Part shown: one piece after another, positions 12,701 through 24,600 of the stretch | How positions within the stretch are numbered: position 1 is the stretch's first letter | Layout: each line of letters begins with the position of its first letter | Source of the DNA: Intoshia linei | Lineage: Eukaryota; Animalia; Orthonectida | DNA length: 46,824 bases | Direction: 5' to 3' | Assembly (NCBI GenBank): GCA_001642005.1 | Contig: LWCA01000152.1 | Coordinates: 1-46,824 of the forward strand | Translations under genes and position numbers: made by a program | Notes under the pieces: model-generated | What the model was told of the DNA's origin: nothing | The model's database searches: none | What the model saw: only the letters and a program-made list of their open reading frames with translations

Positions 12701-14781
12701 ATTTTTAAGTTTAAAGTTTCTAAGTTTCTAAAGATAATATTTTGAAGATAATTTTTGAACTAAAACTTTGAAAGATTTTTAAGGGATCTTCAAAATAATA
12801 AACAATAAAAATGCTAAAAATTCCAAAAATTTTTTTTTATAATATAAAATTTCTTATAAAACCCCGAAAAATAGAATTAACAAAAACTACCTTAAAAAAA
12901 TCCCCAAAAAATATCTTTATAATTGAATTTTTAATAAATCTTCCTAATAAACCGTTTAAACTTTAAACGTCTTAAAAAATAGAGATAGATTTCTTGTACA
13001 AATCCACATAAATTAAATTAAGATAAACTTTATCATAAAGTCACAAAAAAATCATAAGGAACCATTCTATAAAATTATAGATAAATTTTGTGTAACAAAA
13101 TTTCTATGAAATTCCAAAAAATTAAATTTAAAATATATCTCTTTAAAAAAACGACCAAAAATTAAAAATTTTAGAAAAATCTCCTTAAAAATATCTTATT
13201 AATTCCATAAAAATCACCTTAAAAATATTTTTATCAAACTATAAAAAAGCATCTTAAAATTTCCAGATAAACACGAAAAATTGTATTTTATATAGGGATT
13301 AAAATTAGCTGTCAACAGCTCTGCACTAATCCAACAGAAAAAATGTATTTTACTATAGTATAGAATTATGTTATGTTATAATTTTTTTTTTTCGCGAATT
13401 AATATTTTAATTAGATTCAAAACGACTAATATAAATATACTAGCTTGGCTGTTTTGTACTTGGTTCAAAAAGCACCTAGCTTTGACGAGGGCGGACTTTT
13501 TTAATTCTACCAAAAAAATAAAATCTTACATAAAAATGCCACTATTACCAATATTTTAAAGGAATGGTTGCCAATTTAATTTTTTTTCGTACAAACGGCA
13601 CTTAGCTCTGCCGATGCGGACTATTTTAATTCTACCACAAATATTAATAAATAATAATATTATATAGACTATGATGAAATATATTTTTTATTATAGAAGC
13701 AAAAAATCTAGAAAATCCTAAATATATCACAATGTTTCAAGATCAAACCCAAATTGAACTGGCTCAATTTAATTGTCAAAATAAGAATTTGGGTTTTCAT
13801 AGGTAATAATAATATTACCTCTAATATTACCACCAAGATATTGCGGTTTTGTTAATAATACTATACATTTTGTATATAATTTTCTCATCGAGTCAATGAT
13901 TTTTAGCCTAGGTTGTGATAAACGTTAATGGATCATTGTCTACCACTATTTAAATCAGTGGTTCCCGATTCAAATATTTTGATTACTAATCACCATTTCT
14001 TAATATTAATTTTTTTCAACTCAAAGGAAACATGAAATATATAAAAAATATGTGAAAAAATGAAATAAGATTAAATAATAAGATAAATAAATAGATAAAA
14101 TAACAAGTAAGATATGTTAAAATGGTTTTTCAAACAAATATATTTGAAAAAATGGATTTTTCCTTATGGGCTGGTAAAATTTAATTTTTTTTAATTGTGG
14201 TTGAATTAAGTGGATTTTTAAAAAAATATCAGTAAAATTCGATTTTTCCCAGGGTGTTTTAAATGGTGTTTTTTATTAACACTAATGGCACTGTAAATTT
14301 TATTAATGGTGAAATAACAGTGAGATTTTTGAAATAACAATGTAGCGGTCGTTAATTTTGTAATAAATATTAAAAATTCTTATATAAAAATAAAGAAAAG
14401 TAGATAAAAATTTTGTTCACATTTTATTTGAATCTCACGGACCCAGACATGTAGTTTTGGGTCCCTAAGGGATTCAGAGGTCTCCAACCTAGAACCACTG
14501 ATTTAAATGATACCAAGAAAACATTTAATATTACATTGGAACGAACATTTATAATTTCCTATTAACAATATAACAATGTGGGTCACTTCTTTCGCTAGAT
14601 AATTCATCACTTAATTTTTTTAATTTGTATAATTAATTTTATAACTAGATTCGGAAGAATACTATTATTAATTCCATATTTTCAAAGTATTTCTCGTTTA
14701 GAAATATATTCATTGCTCTCAATTCGAACCAAAGATCAAAGCTATATAGATGAATACATTTCATCAGTACAATACAAATAA
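6748..14781 (+). CDS. NR2E3: Nuclear receptor NR2E3 / PNR / Hr51 (unfulfilled) orthologue, about 459 aa
   Basis: Exons 6748-6848, 6903-6983, 7038-7141, 10149-10496 (or 10502), 10779-11032, 11502-11754, 13697-13802, 14649-14781; all GT-AG and in phase. [82 protein letters not shown] carries the NR2E3-diagnostic P-box CNGCSG (TLX has CDGCSG) and the QNERQPR extension. LBD remnants: [34 protein letters not shown] at 14798. Confidence 0.93.
7586..7841. mobile_element. TIR MITE, hAT-Tip100-like
   Basis: Imperfect TIRs TAGTGACGGATCTAGG and CCTAGATCCACTACTG with GC-rich subtermini; no clear TSD. Confidence 0.6.
7924..8530 (+). mobile_element. Helitron H1, 5' portion (3' end missing)
   Basis: Begins A|TCCTAACTTATATAA...TGTGTGTG (canonical 5' TC after A); reverse complement of 36850-37502 and 45580-45894. 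Confidence 0.75.
8578..8792. mobile_element. hAT MITE (reverse orientation of the 5322 family)
   Basis: Termini CAGCGTTTCCCAAA and GTCGGAACCCCTG; TSD GATTACAC/CATTATAC (6/8). Confidence 0.7.
8815..8985. mobile_element. Tc1/mariner-type MITE
   Basis: Perfect 26-bp inverted repeat ATAAAGTGGCCAGAAAAAATACGTAC at 8815-8840 and 8960-8985. Confidence 0.8.
9210..9420. repeat. Unclassified inverted-repeat element
   Basis: ACAAGTCGTAGAAT (about 9252) is inverted at about 9383 (ATTCTACGACTTGT); GAATGTATACATTTCAT-like motif reiterated on both arms. Confidence 0.5.
12200..13300. repeat. Diverged A-rich tandem/low-complexity repeat in NR2E3 intron 6
   Basis: Recurring blocks AATTGAATTTTTAA(A/T)AAATCTTCCTAA (about 12607 and 12921) and TTC(T/C)AGATAAACAC (12480 and 13261). 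Confidence 0.5.
13440..13640 (-). mobile_element. Two tandem Helitron H1 3'-end fragments
   Basis: a|CTAGCTTGGCTGTTTTGTACTTGG...CTAGCTTTGACGAGGGCGGACT, then a second TTCGTACAAACGGCACTTAGCTCTGCCGATGCGGACT at about 13586. Confidence 0.7.
13956..14500. mobile_element. hAT MITE, tandem-array family (short copy)
   Basis: Termini CAGTGGTTCCCGATT and AGAACCACTG; perfect TSD ATTTAAAT at 13948-13955 and 14501-14508. Confidence 0.85.
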
Positions 14782-16268
14782 TACTTAATTGTAGTTAAAT
14801 AAAATTACTATCTATTTTTTAGTTCACAAAGTCTCCTCGGAATCATTAAATCTTCCCGTTCTAACTTTATAATTTATATATTTTGAAACACTTTTGATTT
14901 TCACGTATCAATAATATTTATTGAATACCCTTATTCCGTAAATAATATGTTCTGTGAATATTACCGACTGAAACTGTTAAGATTCTTGAAATAAACATGT
15001 ACAATATGAATCAAGATGTCTAATCTAATACTGTATTGTTTATAGTATAAACTTTATACTATGTAATTTTGCATTACCCTTGATAAATTACAATGTACTA
15101 ATGTATAATATCCAAAATTGCAATAATGATTAATAGTAATCATTATCTTTATTTATTGACATTATTATTAAAAATTAGGTTTTCATCTGTATGTTTTTGT
15201 ATTATAATTTTAAACTGTATATTTATGAAACTCGTTATCCATATAGCATGATACGAAATTATCGAACAAACAAAAATACCAAAATAGATTATATGACAAA
15301 GGTAGAGTATCCATTTTTGAATTATAATAAATACATAAACAATCCAAGAAAAACAATATAAAACTGTTACAATGTTCTAAGATACATTATTCCCTAGAAT
15401 TAAAAATTATCCAAATTAAATCACAACATAAGTTAGTAAACGAATATTTAATTAATATAACTCAGTTTAATCAAAACTAAAGCCTGTGATCGAAGCAGAT
15501 GTACTTTCACCCTTGATAATTTTACAAAGAAATATGAATTGTAATAACACCTTACATTAATAACGCCTTGGAACATTCACACTTATTTACATATAAAACA
15601 TTTATATTAACACGGTATATTTACCGGTTTACAATCAACACCATTTATAGTAAACATTTGGTAGGTGGACAAGACAATTATTTTTTTACTTTCAGTGCTA
15701 TAGAGTTTGTAATCAAAAACTTTACATATAATTGTAAAATCTACTGTTGTAAACCGTTAATAGTGAACATGGAGGTAATTTTCTAATTTATAAAGACAAT
15801 TCAGCAATTATGACCTAGGTCGAGTAAGGACCGACATTCTGCGGTTGTTACCTATCTGTTCGTATTAAAAAATATTTTGTCCGACGTTTCGGCTACATGT
15901 CCCGAACTAACCATACCATGTATGTAATAGTATTTATTAAATACTATACATCTATACTTGTATAATATACAATGTATATCCAAATTTATAATAGAAAATT
16001 GTACTGTTAACACAGTGTTTCTAATTGGGGTCCGTGAGATTCAAAAAAGCATATAAAAAAATTATCAATTTTTGATTATTTTTATAAGAGAATTTTTAAT
16101 ATTTATTACAGAGTTGCCAGATGTTGGGAATTTATCCTAACGCTTAGACGATTGCCACATTATTATTTTAAATATCTCACTTTTATCCCACAATTAAGTT
16201 TAATAAAAAATATCTTTTCTATTTTTCCAATATTTTTTTGAAAAATTCAATTTTACCAACCCTTAAGG

Positions 16269-17789
16269 GTTCACGTTTATTAGAACATAACTAATTTATG
16301 TCATTAATATATTTCACCAATGATTTGAGTACTTACAATTGAGTGAAATGAGAAGAGCATTTTAATAAATGATATTTTACTTTAATTTTTTGAAACTGAA
16401 TAAATCATCACTTACACTTTGCAATTAATAAAAATCGAGTTATACAGTACTCTACACAGTTATTAAAACATTTATTAAAAGTGATTTTTAATTACTACAT
16501 AGATATGTGACCACCTTGTTTCTCCAACAATTTGATCAATCTGCTATCCATTGAACCTGTAAGTTTCTTTATTTCAGCTTTTGTTACTTCACTTCTGACA
16601 ATTTTAATTTTGCGCCATAAATCATTTTACATTGAAATTGATGACCACCAGAATATATACGTCTAAAATAAATAATTATTTATCAATTAATCTTAAAAAA
16701 ATAAATATTACCGTTTGATAATTGACCAGAAATTCTCGATACAATTGAGATCAGGGGAATAATGTGGCATAATTATGTCCAAATCATCAATTTATCACCA
16801 TGCATTCCTTTATTTTTCAAATATTGTTTCGTCAATGCAGATGAGTGAGACGGGGCATTATCTTGTTGAACTACAAAATTTTTACGCTTAAATTCTTCTT
16901 GGTTTCCGATCCATTTAAATAGCCCTTCTTCCAATAATAGTTTATACTGTAGGTAATTAATCTTTGATTCTTATAGGGCCAATTAATGAACCATTACAGA
17001 TACCTGCCCACATCATAATGCAACCACCACCCATTTGTTTTCTCATCTACACAGGCGTTTGCATTGAGTCACATACCCAACCTCTAGACTAACCATCTGG
17101 TCCGTCTAGCGTGGCTCTCATTTCATCTGTGAATATTACTGTCGAGAAATCAGTTTTCATATATAACCGATCACACTTTAAACGTTTTTCTATATTAATT
17201 TTTTTTAAATGAGGTCTTATAAAAGCTTTTCTTACATTTCCAAAGTTGTTAAATATTTTACAACGAGATGTTTTTGATACACAATTTTTATTCTTTTTAT
17301 TGCAACAGCTGAAAATAATTCTTTGGAGGTTCGGAGAAGATGATTTCGCATTTCTCTATTGATATTTCTGTTATCCCTACATGTTAAGTTACAAAGATGG
17401 AGTTTTTTAATACGATTTCTGGTTTTATTTCGATTTTTGATAATCCTTCTTATTGTGTTAGTATTTCTATTTAGAATTGTGCAAATTTCTTTTACATTGG
17501 CTTTATCAACCAAGAGTTTTATTATGTGTTATTTTTCATCATCGTTTAACGATTTACCGCGTCTCATTGATTTAATAATATTATGTTCTAATAAACGTGA
17601 ACACTCAAAAAATTTTTGATAAAGTTATGATGTTAAAAACTAATTAAAAAGCATCAATAGTCATCATTACATTGTCAAAAGATTAGGTAATATTCTTATC
17701 GTAATCTGTTCATATAATTTTCAATTTTTAAAACAATTTATTGGATTACTTATGAATTTCATTATGTTCTAATAAACGTGAACGCAGTG
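16269..17789 (-). mobile_element. Decayed Tc1-like transposon, DD37E (TRT-like)
   Basis: Perfect 22-bp inverted repeat GTTCACGTTTATTAGAACATAA at 16269-16290 and 17762-17783; the right end continues GCAGTG (CACTG-type terminus); the repeats enclose a transposase pseudogene. Confidence 0.9.
16495..17567 (-). pseudogene. Tc1-family DD37E transposase pseudogene with a 49-bp intron
   Basis: MRRGKSLNDDEK*HIIK...MKTDFSTVIFTDEMRATLDGPDG*SRGWV...MGGGCIMMWAGI...VQQDNAPSHSSALTKQYLKNKGMHGDKLMIW[11-bp insert]PHYSPDLNCIENFWSIIKR|RIYSGG...LTGSMDSRLIKLLEKQGGHISM*. Several stops and frameshifts; 37 residues between the second D and E once the insert is removed. Confidence 0.9.
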
Positions 17790-18615
17790 AATAATCCGCT
17801 TTTTCTATTATTTTATTGAAAAACACGTCTTTACCCACCCTCAAGGGAAATATCCTCTTTTTTCAAACTTTTTTTGAAAAACATGATTTTATCAAATTTT
17901 TTTAAGAAACAACCTTTAATTTTTTCTTAAATATTTTATATTTTATGTTACTTCGGTTCCAAAAAAATAAATATTTTGAAATGGACGTCCGTACATTATT
18001 TGAATCTGGAACCACTGACTCTAACAGAAGAAAGAAAACTACGTTTCCAGTAATCACGTGTTGGATTCAATCTGAATCTAAAACTCTGAAATAATGTTTG
18101 GACTAAAATAACAATAAAATTAGTTTTTTAAAAATAAGCCATATTACAAAATTAATACTCTTATATAATTAATAATATTTTTGAAAGTTATTATTCAGTA
18201 TATAAATATTTGCTAATACTATTTACATTATACACGCATAAAGAATATAATTTAGAAAATGTGGTGTGTTAATTATTTCGAATTTAGAGATGAAGGTATA
18301 TATAAAACTCTCATATAATTTTAATAATATAATAAATTAAGTATATAATTGAAAATAAAAATAAAATGCACTCAACATTACACTGTATATTAAAGTGTAT
18401 ATTCACTGCTGAAAAATAAATGTTGAATATCGGTGTTTCTTTGTTACAATAAATATGGTCCCAATTATTTTTAAAATTATGTCCTAAACATTTAATATTA
18501 GTAAATACAATATTTACCAAAATAACTTGGCTACTGTATCCAGAAAATAATTAGAATTAACAAAAATAGTATACAATATAAGTGTTTATAACTTTAATAT
18601 GAAAATATATATAAA

Positions 18616-21600
18616 ATGAGATATAAATCAAACTCCATAGATGGTATCGACATGACAGATGACGATAGAACCACTGATGGTTCGATTGCCGATGAAAAGC
18701 ATTTTAAGTTTAATACCCCATCAAAAAATAAATTGAGACCTGTTCGATTATCAATTTGTAACGAAATTTTAAATACAACCAATTCTGGCGAAATGTTAAA
18801 ACAAAAGATGGAAAGTAATAAAAGAATTGATTTCATTTTAATAAGAAAATTACTCGATAATTCTACTGATCCAGGTGTAGTTGAAGAAAATCATAAATTG
18901 CAAGAAATGTTTGAAGTAATTTATTAATATTTGTATACTTTTAAAGCAATCAGAGTATGAGCCGATTAAGTGGATTATTTTTTCCAAAATATGGTCTAGT
19001 GTCTATGTAGAAGTACATTTAAATTTAGAGTCAACTAATTAACGATAAAATCCAAATTCAAAGATTTAAAAGTGCTAAATATGAATTTATCAAACTTCAC
19101 GCACCATTCATTGTATTAGCAAAGCAAGCTCAAAACATTAAATTACAAATGCCTCTAAAAAATGTAAGATATGTATCAATGATTACCAAATACCAATTAT
19201 ACTTAAATTAAAATTATCACAATATATTAGAAAATAAAATTTCAAACTTGCTAAAAAGTACTTTTTTGTGTTTGGTTCCCTAAATATTTAATAATCATAA
19301 TAATTACTCATGTAATTTACATGTACATAATTTTTTCCTAGCCGTAGGGCTAGGCCTTACTTTTTACTTTACAATGAATTATTCCATCTTAATTTTTTTT
19401 AACATTTGCGTAAAGAATTTTAAAAAAAATTTTTATCCCATTTTTTAAATTTATTAGATAGAATGTATGTATAATATTAAAAATAAATTAAAAAAAAGTC
19501 CAATCCGAAAAATTGACATAAATAACATAAATTCCAAAAAAAATAAAATTATTAAACTAGCATTTCAAATCCTTAATATACAACTTTGTAGAATATACAA
19601 TTTTATGGTATAAATATCTTTTAGTGCAAACATATCAATAATAAAGACAATATTATTGTTCGCATCGAAAAGAAGTTTTTCAAAACTGATGAAGAAGGTT
19701 TACATTTATAAAAATATTACATTAATAATAAATGCAAATATCGATGGGAGGGCGAAGCTACCGTACAACGAGACCCTTCTTCCGATCTTCGTTTTTCCAA
19801 ATTAAGCAATAAAAAAAATTTATTTTTCAATATCAATACTGTTTTATAAATCAAATCTAAGCTGTCAAGTTCGATCCGTCGAAAGGTGGTTGAAGTATAC
19901 ATCATTATGCATTTTAAGGTTATATTTTGACTTTTGAGTATCGAGTTTGGTAGGTTCGGCTCTAGTGGTTATTATTAAATGTACATTGTACATTCTACAA
20001 TCTAAACAAAAACTTTTAGAAGATTATCTTTCGGCACCTTTTGATGTTTATCGATTGGAAATTTTTGATAACCATGAAAATTTAGATACATTCTTCAGAC
20101 CATCATTACGAACTCTATTGGTAAATAAATTTTTCAATAAATTCTTACCATAATAAAAATTAAATTATATTTTAAATCTAACCAAATTTTTTTTAAATCG
20201 TTCTAATCTTTTTAAAATTTTGCATATATAAAAAATGACCACATTACATTAATAATATTAATTAAAACAATAATAACTATTACAATAATTATTGTAATAG
20301 AAAATAATTATTTACAGTCATAGTTAATTACAAAATTTCATTAGAAAAATTGAAAAAGTTAAAAATGCAATTACATACATATATTAAATTATGCAATTAA
20401 TAGTACATAATAAAATAATAATAATATGTAATTAAATAGTTATCTGAATATTTGATTCAACTAAACATTGTCGATCCAGATTTAGTGATAGGTAGAACAG
20501 ATAAGGATTTACTCACAAAAAAAGGTTATTATTTCGTCAATTATTATAAACTAGCTTGACTGTTATTTACTTGGTACAAACAGTATCTAGATCTGATCTG
20601 CATTGCAGACAGATAAATTTGAAGATACTATTTTTTCAACTGCTTATTTCATGGCCCATTTAAATCTTGACACAAATTGCATTTGATTATTTAAATTTTA
20701 AAATGCAATAATACGTCACTTTAACGAAATTCTATCTTGTAAAAAATAACAATTACACATCAAAATAGGTTTACTACATTTTCTATACAAACATATATAT
20801 CATGACGCATTGGTAATACACGATTTTTCTTACTTGGATCCATATGAAAGAGAAATTCGTCAAACGATGCGCCGTGGACCAGATGCCTTAAATGTAAAAA
20901 AACCCACAAAAAAAGAAAAACAATATGATCAACGTTTAATGTTGGATAAATTATGGGCTAAACCGTGGTTCAAGTATCAACCTTTATGGCGCATTAGAAA
21001 CTATTTCGGCGAAAAGATTGCTTTATATTTTGCTTGGGCTGGTCTCTTGTCATTTAGCCTTATCATACCTTCCATTTTCGGACTTATTGTATTTATTTAT
21101 GGACTTGTAATGAGGTAATTGCTATTGTGAAATTTTCTTGTTATAATGCAGTATTGAACAATGATTAAAAAGGGTTTTGACTTATTTTGGGAATTATTTT
21201 GATCAGACTTTGAAATAAATTAAATTAAATAAAAATTGATCTTAGATTAATATTTTTTAATAATATTAGTAGATGTAATTTTTTTCAAAATTTTAACATA
21301 AAATAAGAATTTGGGGTAATTTTTTTAAGCAATTGAACAATTGAGCAATTAGACTTAAAACAAAACAAGAAAGATACAAATGTATTTAAAAAATCACCGT
21401 CATAGTCTGGATTCATTTATGAAAAAATATCCTTCAATAATGATTTTAACAATTTAAAATTTTAATTAAAATATATATTTTTAGTATAAATCAAAACAAC
21501 ATTACAAACACAAGCGTCACCAATTCAACTTCTTCCGCCACTAATACAAATAGCACTGCATTTCAAGAGTATTTATTTATAATATTAAACGTAGCTGTAT

Positions 21601-24600
21601 ACAGGGCTGTAGAGAGCCAGAAGTAGGCCCAATAAAACTTTTTTAAAAAATTTGATATCTACAATATACAATGTAATGTTGCCAGTATATATTGCTTAAT
21701 CAATCATTAATTATCTAAAAATTAAAATTAACTAATTTGAATGTTAATAGAACATTTTATTATACAATAATTTTTTCATACTTAAGAAATTTTCCAACAT
21801 TACCTATTAACAAATTTAAAAACTAGGCCATTCGTGATACATAATTTTAGGCCCGGACCACATGACCCCTAGCCCTCTTCACGTCCCGTCTGTATATTCC
21901 AGTGAAAATTATAAACGCAGTTTTATATTTTCATAATTAACTTTTTATGACAAAAATATACAGTAAGTATTTTAAATGCCTAAATATCTAGAGTAGTGGT
22001 TCCCGAATAAAATAATGTACGAAGTCCATTTCAAAATATTATTTTTTTTAAAAGAAAATATAAAATATAAAACATTAAAAAATATCAAAAAATAAAAAAT
22101 TTCTTTCATAAGATTTGGTATAATCGAATTTTTTAAAAAATATTTTAAAAAGAGGATTTTTCTGTGAAGGATTGGTAAAATTGAATTTTTTTATTTTGGT
22201 TTTTGGATATAAAAGTTATTACTGATAAGATTTCGTAAAATCATGTTTTTCAAAAATTATCGGTAAAAATAGATTTTTTCCTTTAGGCATGGAAAAATTG
22301 GATTTTTTATTTTATGTGTTGGATTCAGAATTCCTATTCACAAGATTTTGTAAAATGGTGTTTTTCAAAAAATATCGGTAAAACTCGATTTTTTCAAAAA
22401 TATATTGAAAAAAGGGGATTTGTCCGTTAAGGGTTAGTAAAATTGAATTTTTTATTTTGGTTTTTGGATTTAGCAGTTATTACTGATAAGATTTGGTAAA
22501 TTCGTCTTTTTAAAAAATTTCGGTAAAATCGATTTTTTCCTTTAGAAATTAAAAAAATTAAATTTTTTATTTTGTTTAATTGCAATTAATTGCAATTATT
22601 TCATGTAAATCAATTGATTAAAAAATAATTTTTAAACAAACAATTAATTGATTATTTTTCAATAATTTTTACCAATTAATTGCAATTAAATTGGTTGCAA
22701 TCAATTAATTCCAATCTCTGTTGGCAACCCTGTAATAAATATTAAAAAATCTCATAAAAATAAACAAAACTTAATACAAATTTTATTATATTTTATTTGA
22801 ATCTCATAAATTCGGTCATATAGTTTTGGACCCAAAGGGTTTAGTGTCCCCTAATCGTGAACTACTACTTAGTCACTTGAAATGTGATATTGTGTGACCA
22901 TTTTATTAATTGTTTAAATATTATCCACAACAAATAGAATAAAGCATTTTACATATTTTTAACATACTAGTGTCATTAAAAAACTTAAAAATCTCATAAT
23001 ACCAACAACAAAATTATATTAATGATAATTTACAATAAACTTAATATATTAATAGTCAATGATATTTACTAATAATATCATTTTTAGTATAAAACTAGCA
23101 TTAGATAGTTCATTGGACACTGTAAAAGAATCATTCGATAATGATTTAACGCCATACTATGCAGTTATAATATGCTTATGGGGTAAAATATAAAAATGAG
23201 TGTATATTCATATTTTAGGAACCGTTTTTATTGAATTATGGAAGAGAAAAAATGCATTATTGTCCTATCAGTGGGATGTTCATAGTTTTGAAGAAAATGA
23301 GCTGAATCGACCTGAATTTGTTGGACTTTACACAAAAGAAGTAACGATTATAATTAAAATTGTACATATGAGTTAATTCAGGGGTTCCCACACTTTTTTA
23401 AACGGCTGACCGGTGATACATTACAAAATTATCGCGGACATTGAAAAGGATATAACTAGACAACGTTAAAAAAATTTTGTCGAAAAAACGTAATAAAATA
23501 ACTTAATTATTAAATTAAATTATCAAAATTATTTCGCGAAACTATAAAAACTTCTGACGGACAAAAATTTGGGAATCGCTGAGATATATATTGAAATTAT
23601 CATTATGACTCATAAGCTATTTTTGGAAGAATAAACGTTTATTTCCATTAATTAAGCTGTTTCATTTAGGACCCAATAACAAATACTCAAGTGTGGTACA
23701 TGCCATTATATCGGAAAATTATGCGAATTTGTGCATCGACGTCAATATTATTAATGATGGTATTCAGTTTAAGTAAAATAAATATTTATTTTATATAAAT
23801 AGATCATTGTTGTATTTATATGTACTGCTGCAGTTATTTTGTATCGGGTATATTTACATTTTTTAAGTTAATAATTATTTTAATTAGGTGATAATTACAA
23901 TTGATTATTGTAAAAATTTATCAAGCCTTAATTGCCTCATTTTAACGAATATATTGTCTGCTGTATTAAATGCTATAGCTATTATGATATTAGGAAAGGT
24001 ATTCCATTACATATTTAATTACATAATTAATTCCAATAGTATACTTATATATTTAATTATTTACAAGAAGTGGACAGTATTTATGAAATCGGCTACACTT
24101 TAATTTTATTAGGTATCCCAATTTTTTTTATTTTAATTTACTTAATTGTTAATAAATAAAAAAAAATAAATATTTTTTTAAAAATAATAAATATGATACA
24201 ACGTTGATATTTGCTAAAAATTAAAATACAACATGACAGAATAGAACTGAAATAATGTTTATTTAAATTAACTTAAAATAGAATTAATCCATTTTCCAAC
24301 TTTAATGTAGGAAATTTCTAATTTTTCACATCCACACGATGAAATGATATTCATATTCTTAAATTACACTCTGATTTATATATTATGGAGTATAGATTTT
24401 GATTATTTTTGTTATAAAAAAATTTCAAACTTTCGCTATTAACATTTTTCAATCTGGGCAGATTTGGGCCACAAACCATATTCTGTTCACCTCTAATTTA
24501 TACAATTTATAAAGTATTTATTTTAGATTTATGATTATTTGGCCATTAAATTAACAGATTGGGGTAATTTTTATTTTTCAGTTTATTTCACAAATGATGT

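Larger units (their letters stand above)
16013..18017. mobile_element. hAT MITE, tandem-array family (reverse orientation), interrupted by a Tc1-like transposon
   Basis: Ends CAGTGTTTCTAATTGGGGTCCGTGAGATTC and GAATCTGGAACCACTG match the 13956 and 32084 copies reversed; TSD degenerate. Confidence 0.7.

Noticed and set aside
15875-15925. Minus-strand GGTTA..TAGCC-GAAACGTCGG resembling a Penelope-type minimal hammerhead ribozyme
   Set aside because: The CUGANGA core is absent (CATGGTA at that position); at best a dead relic, and no RT or GIY-YIG ORF could be recovered nearby.
17359-17619. 86-aa hydrophobic + strand ORF
   Set aside because: Antisense shadow of the Lys/Arg/Asn-rich transposase N-terminus.
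18594-18836. 80-aa - strand ORF
   Set aside because: Antisense to anoctamin A exon 1.
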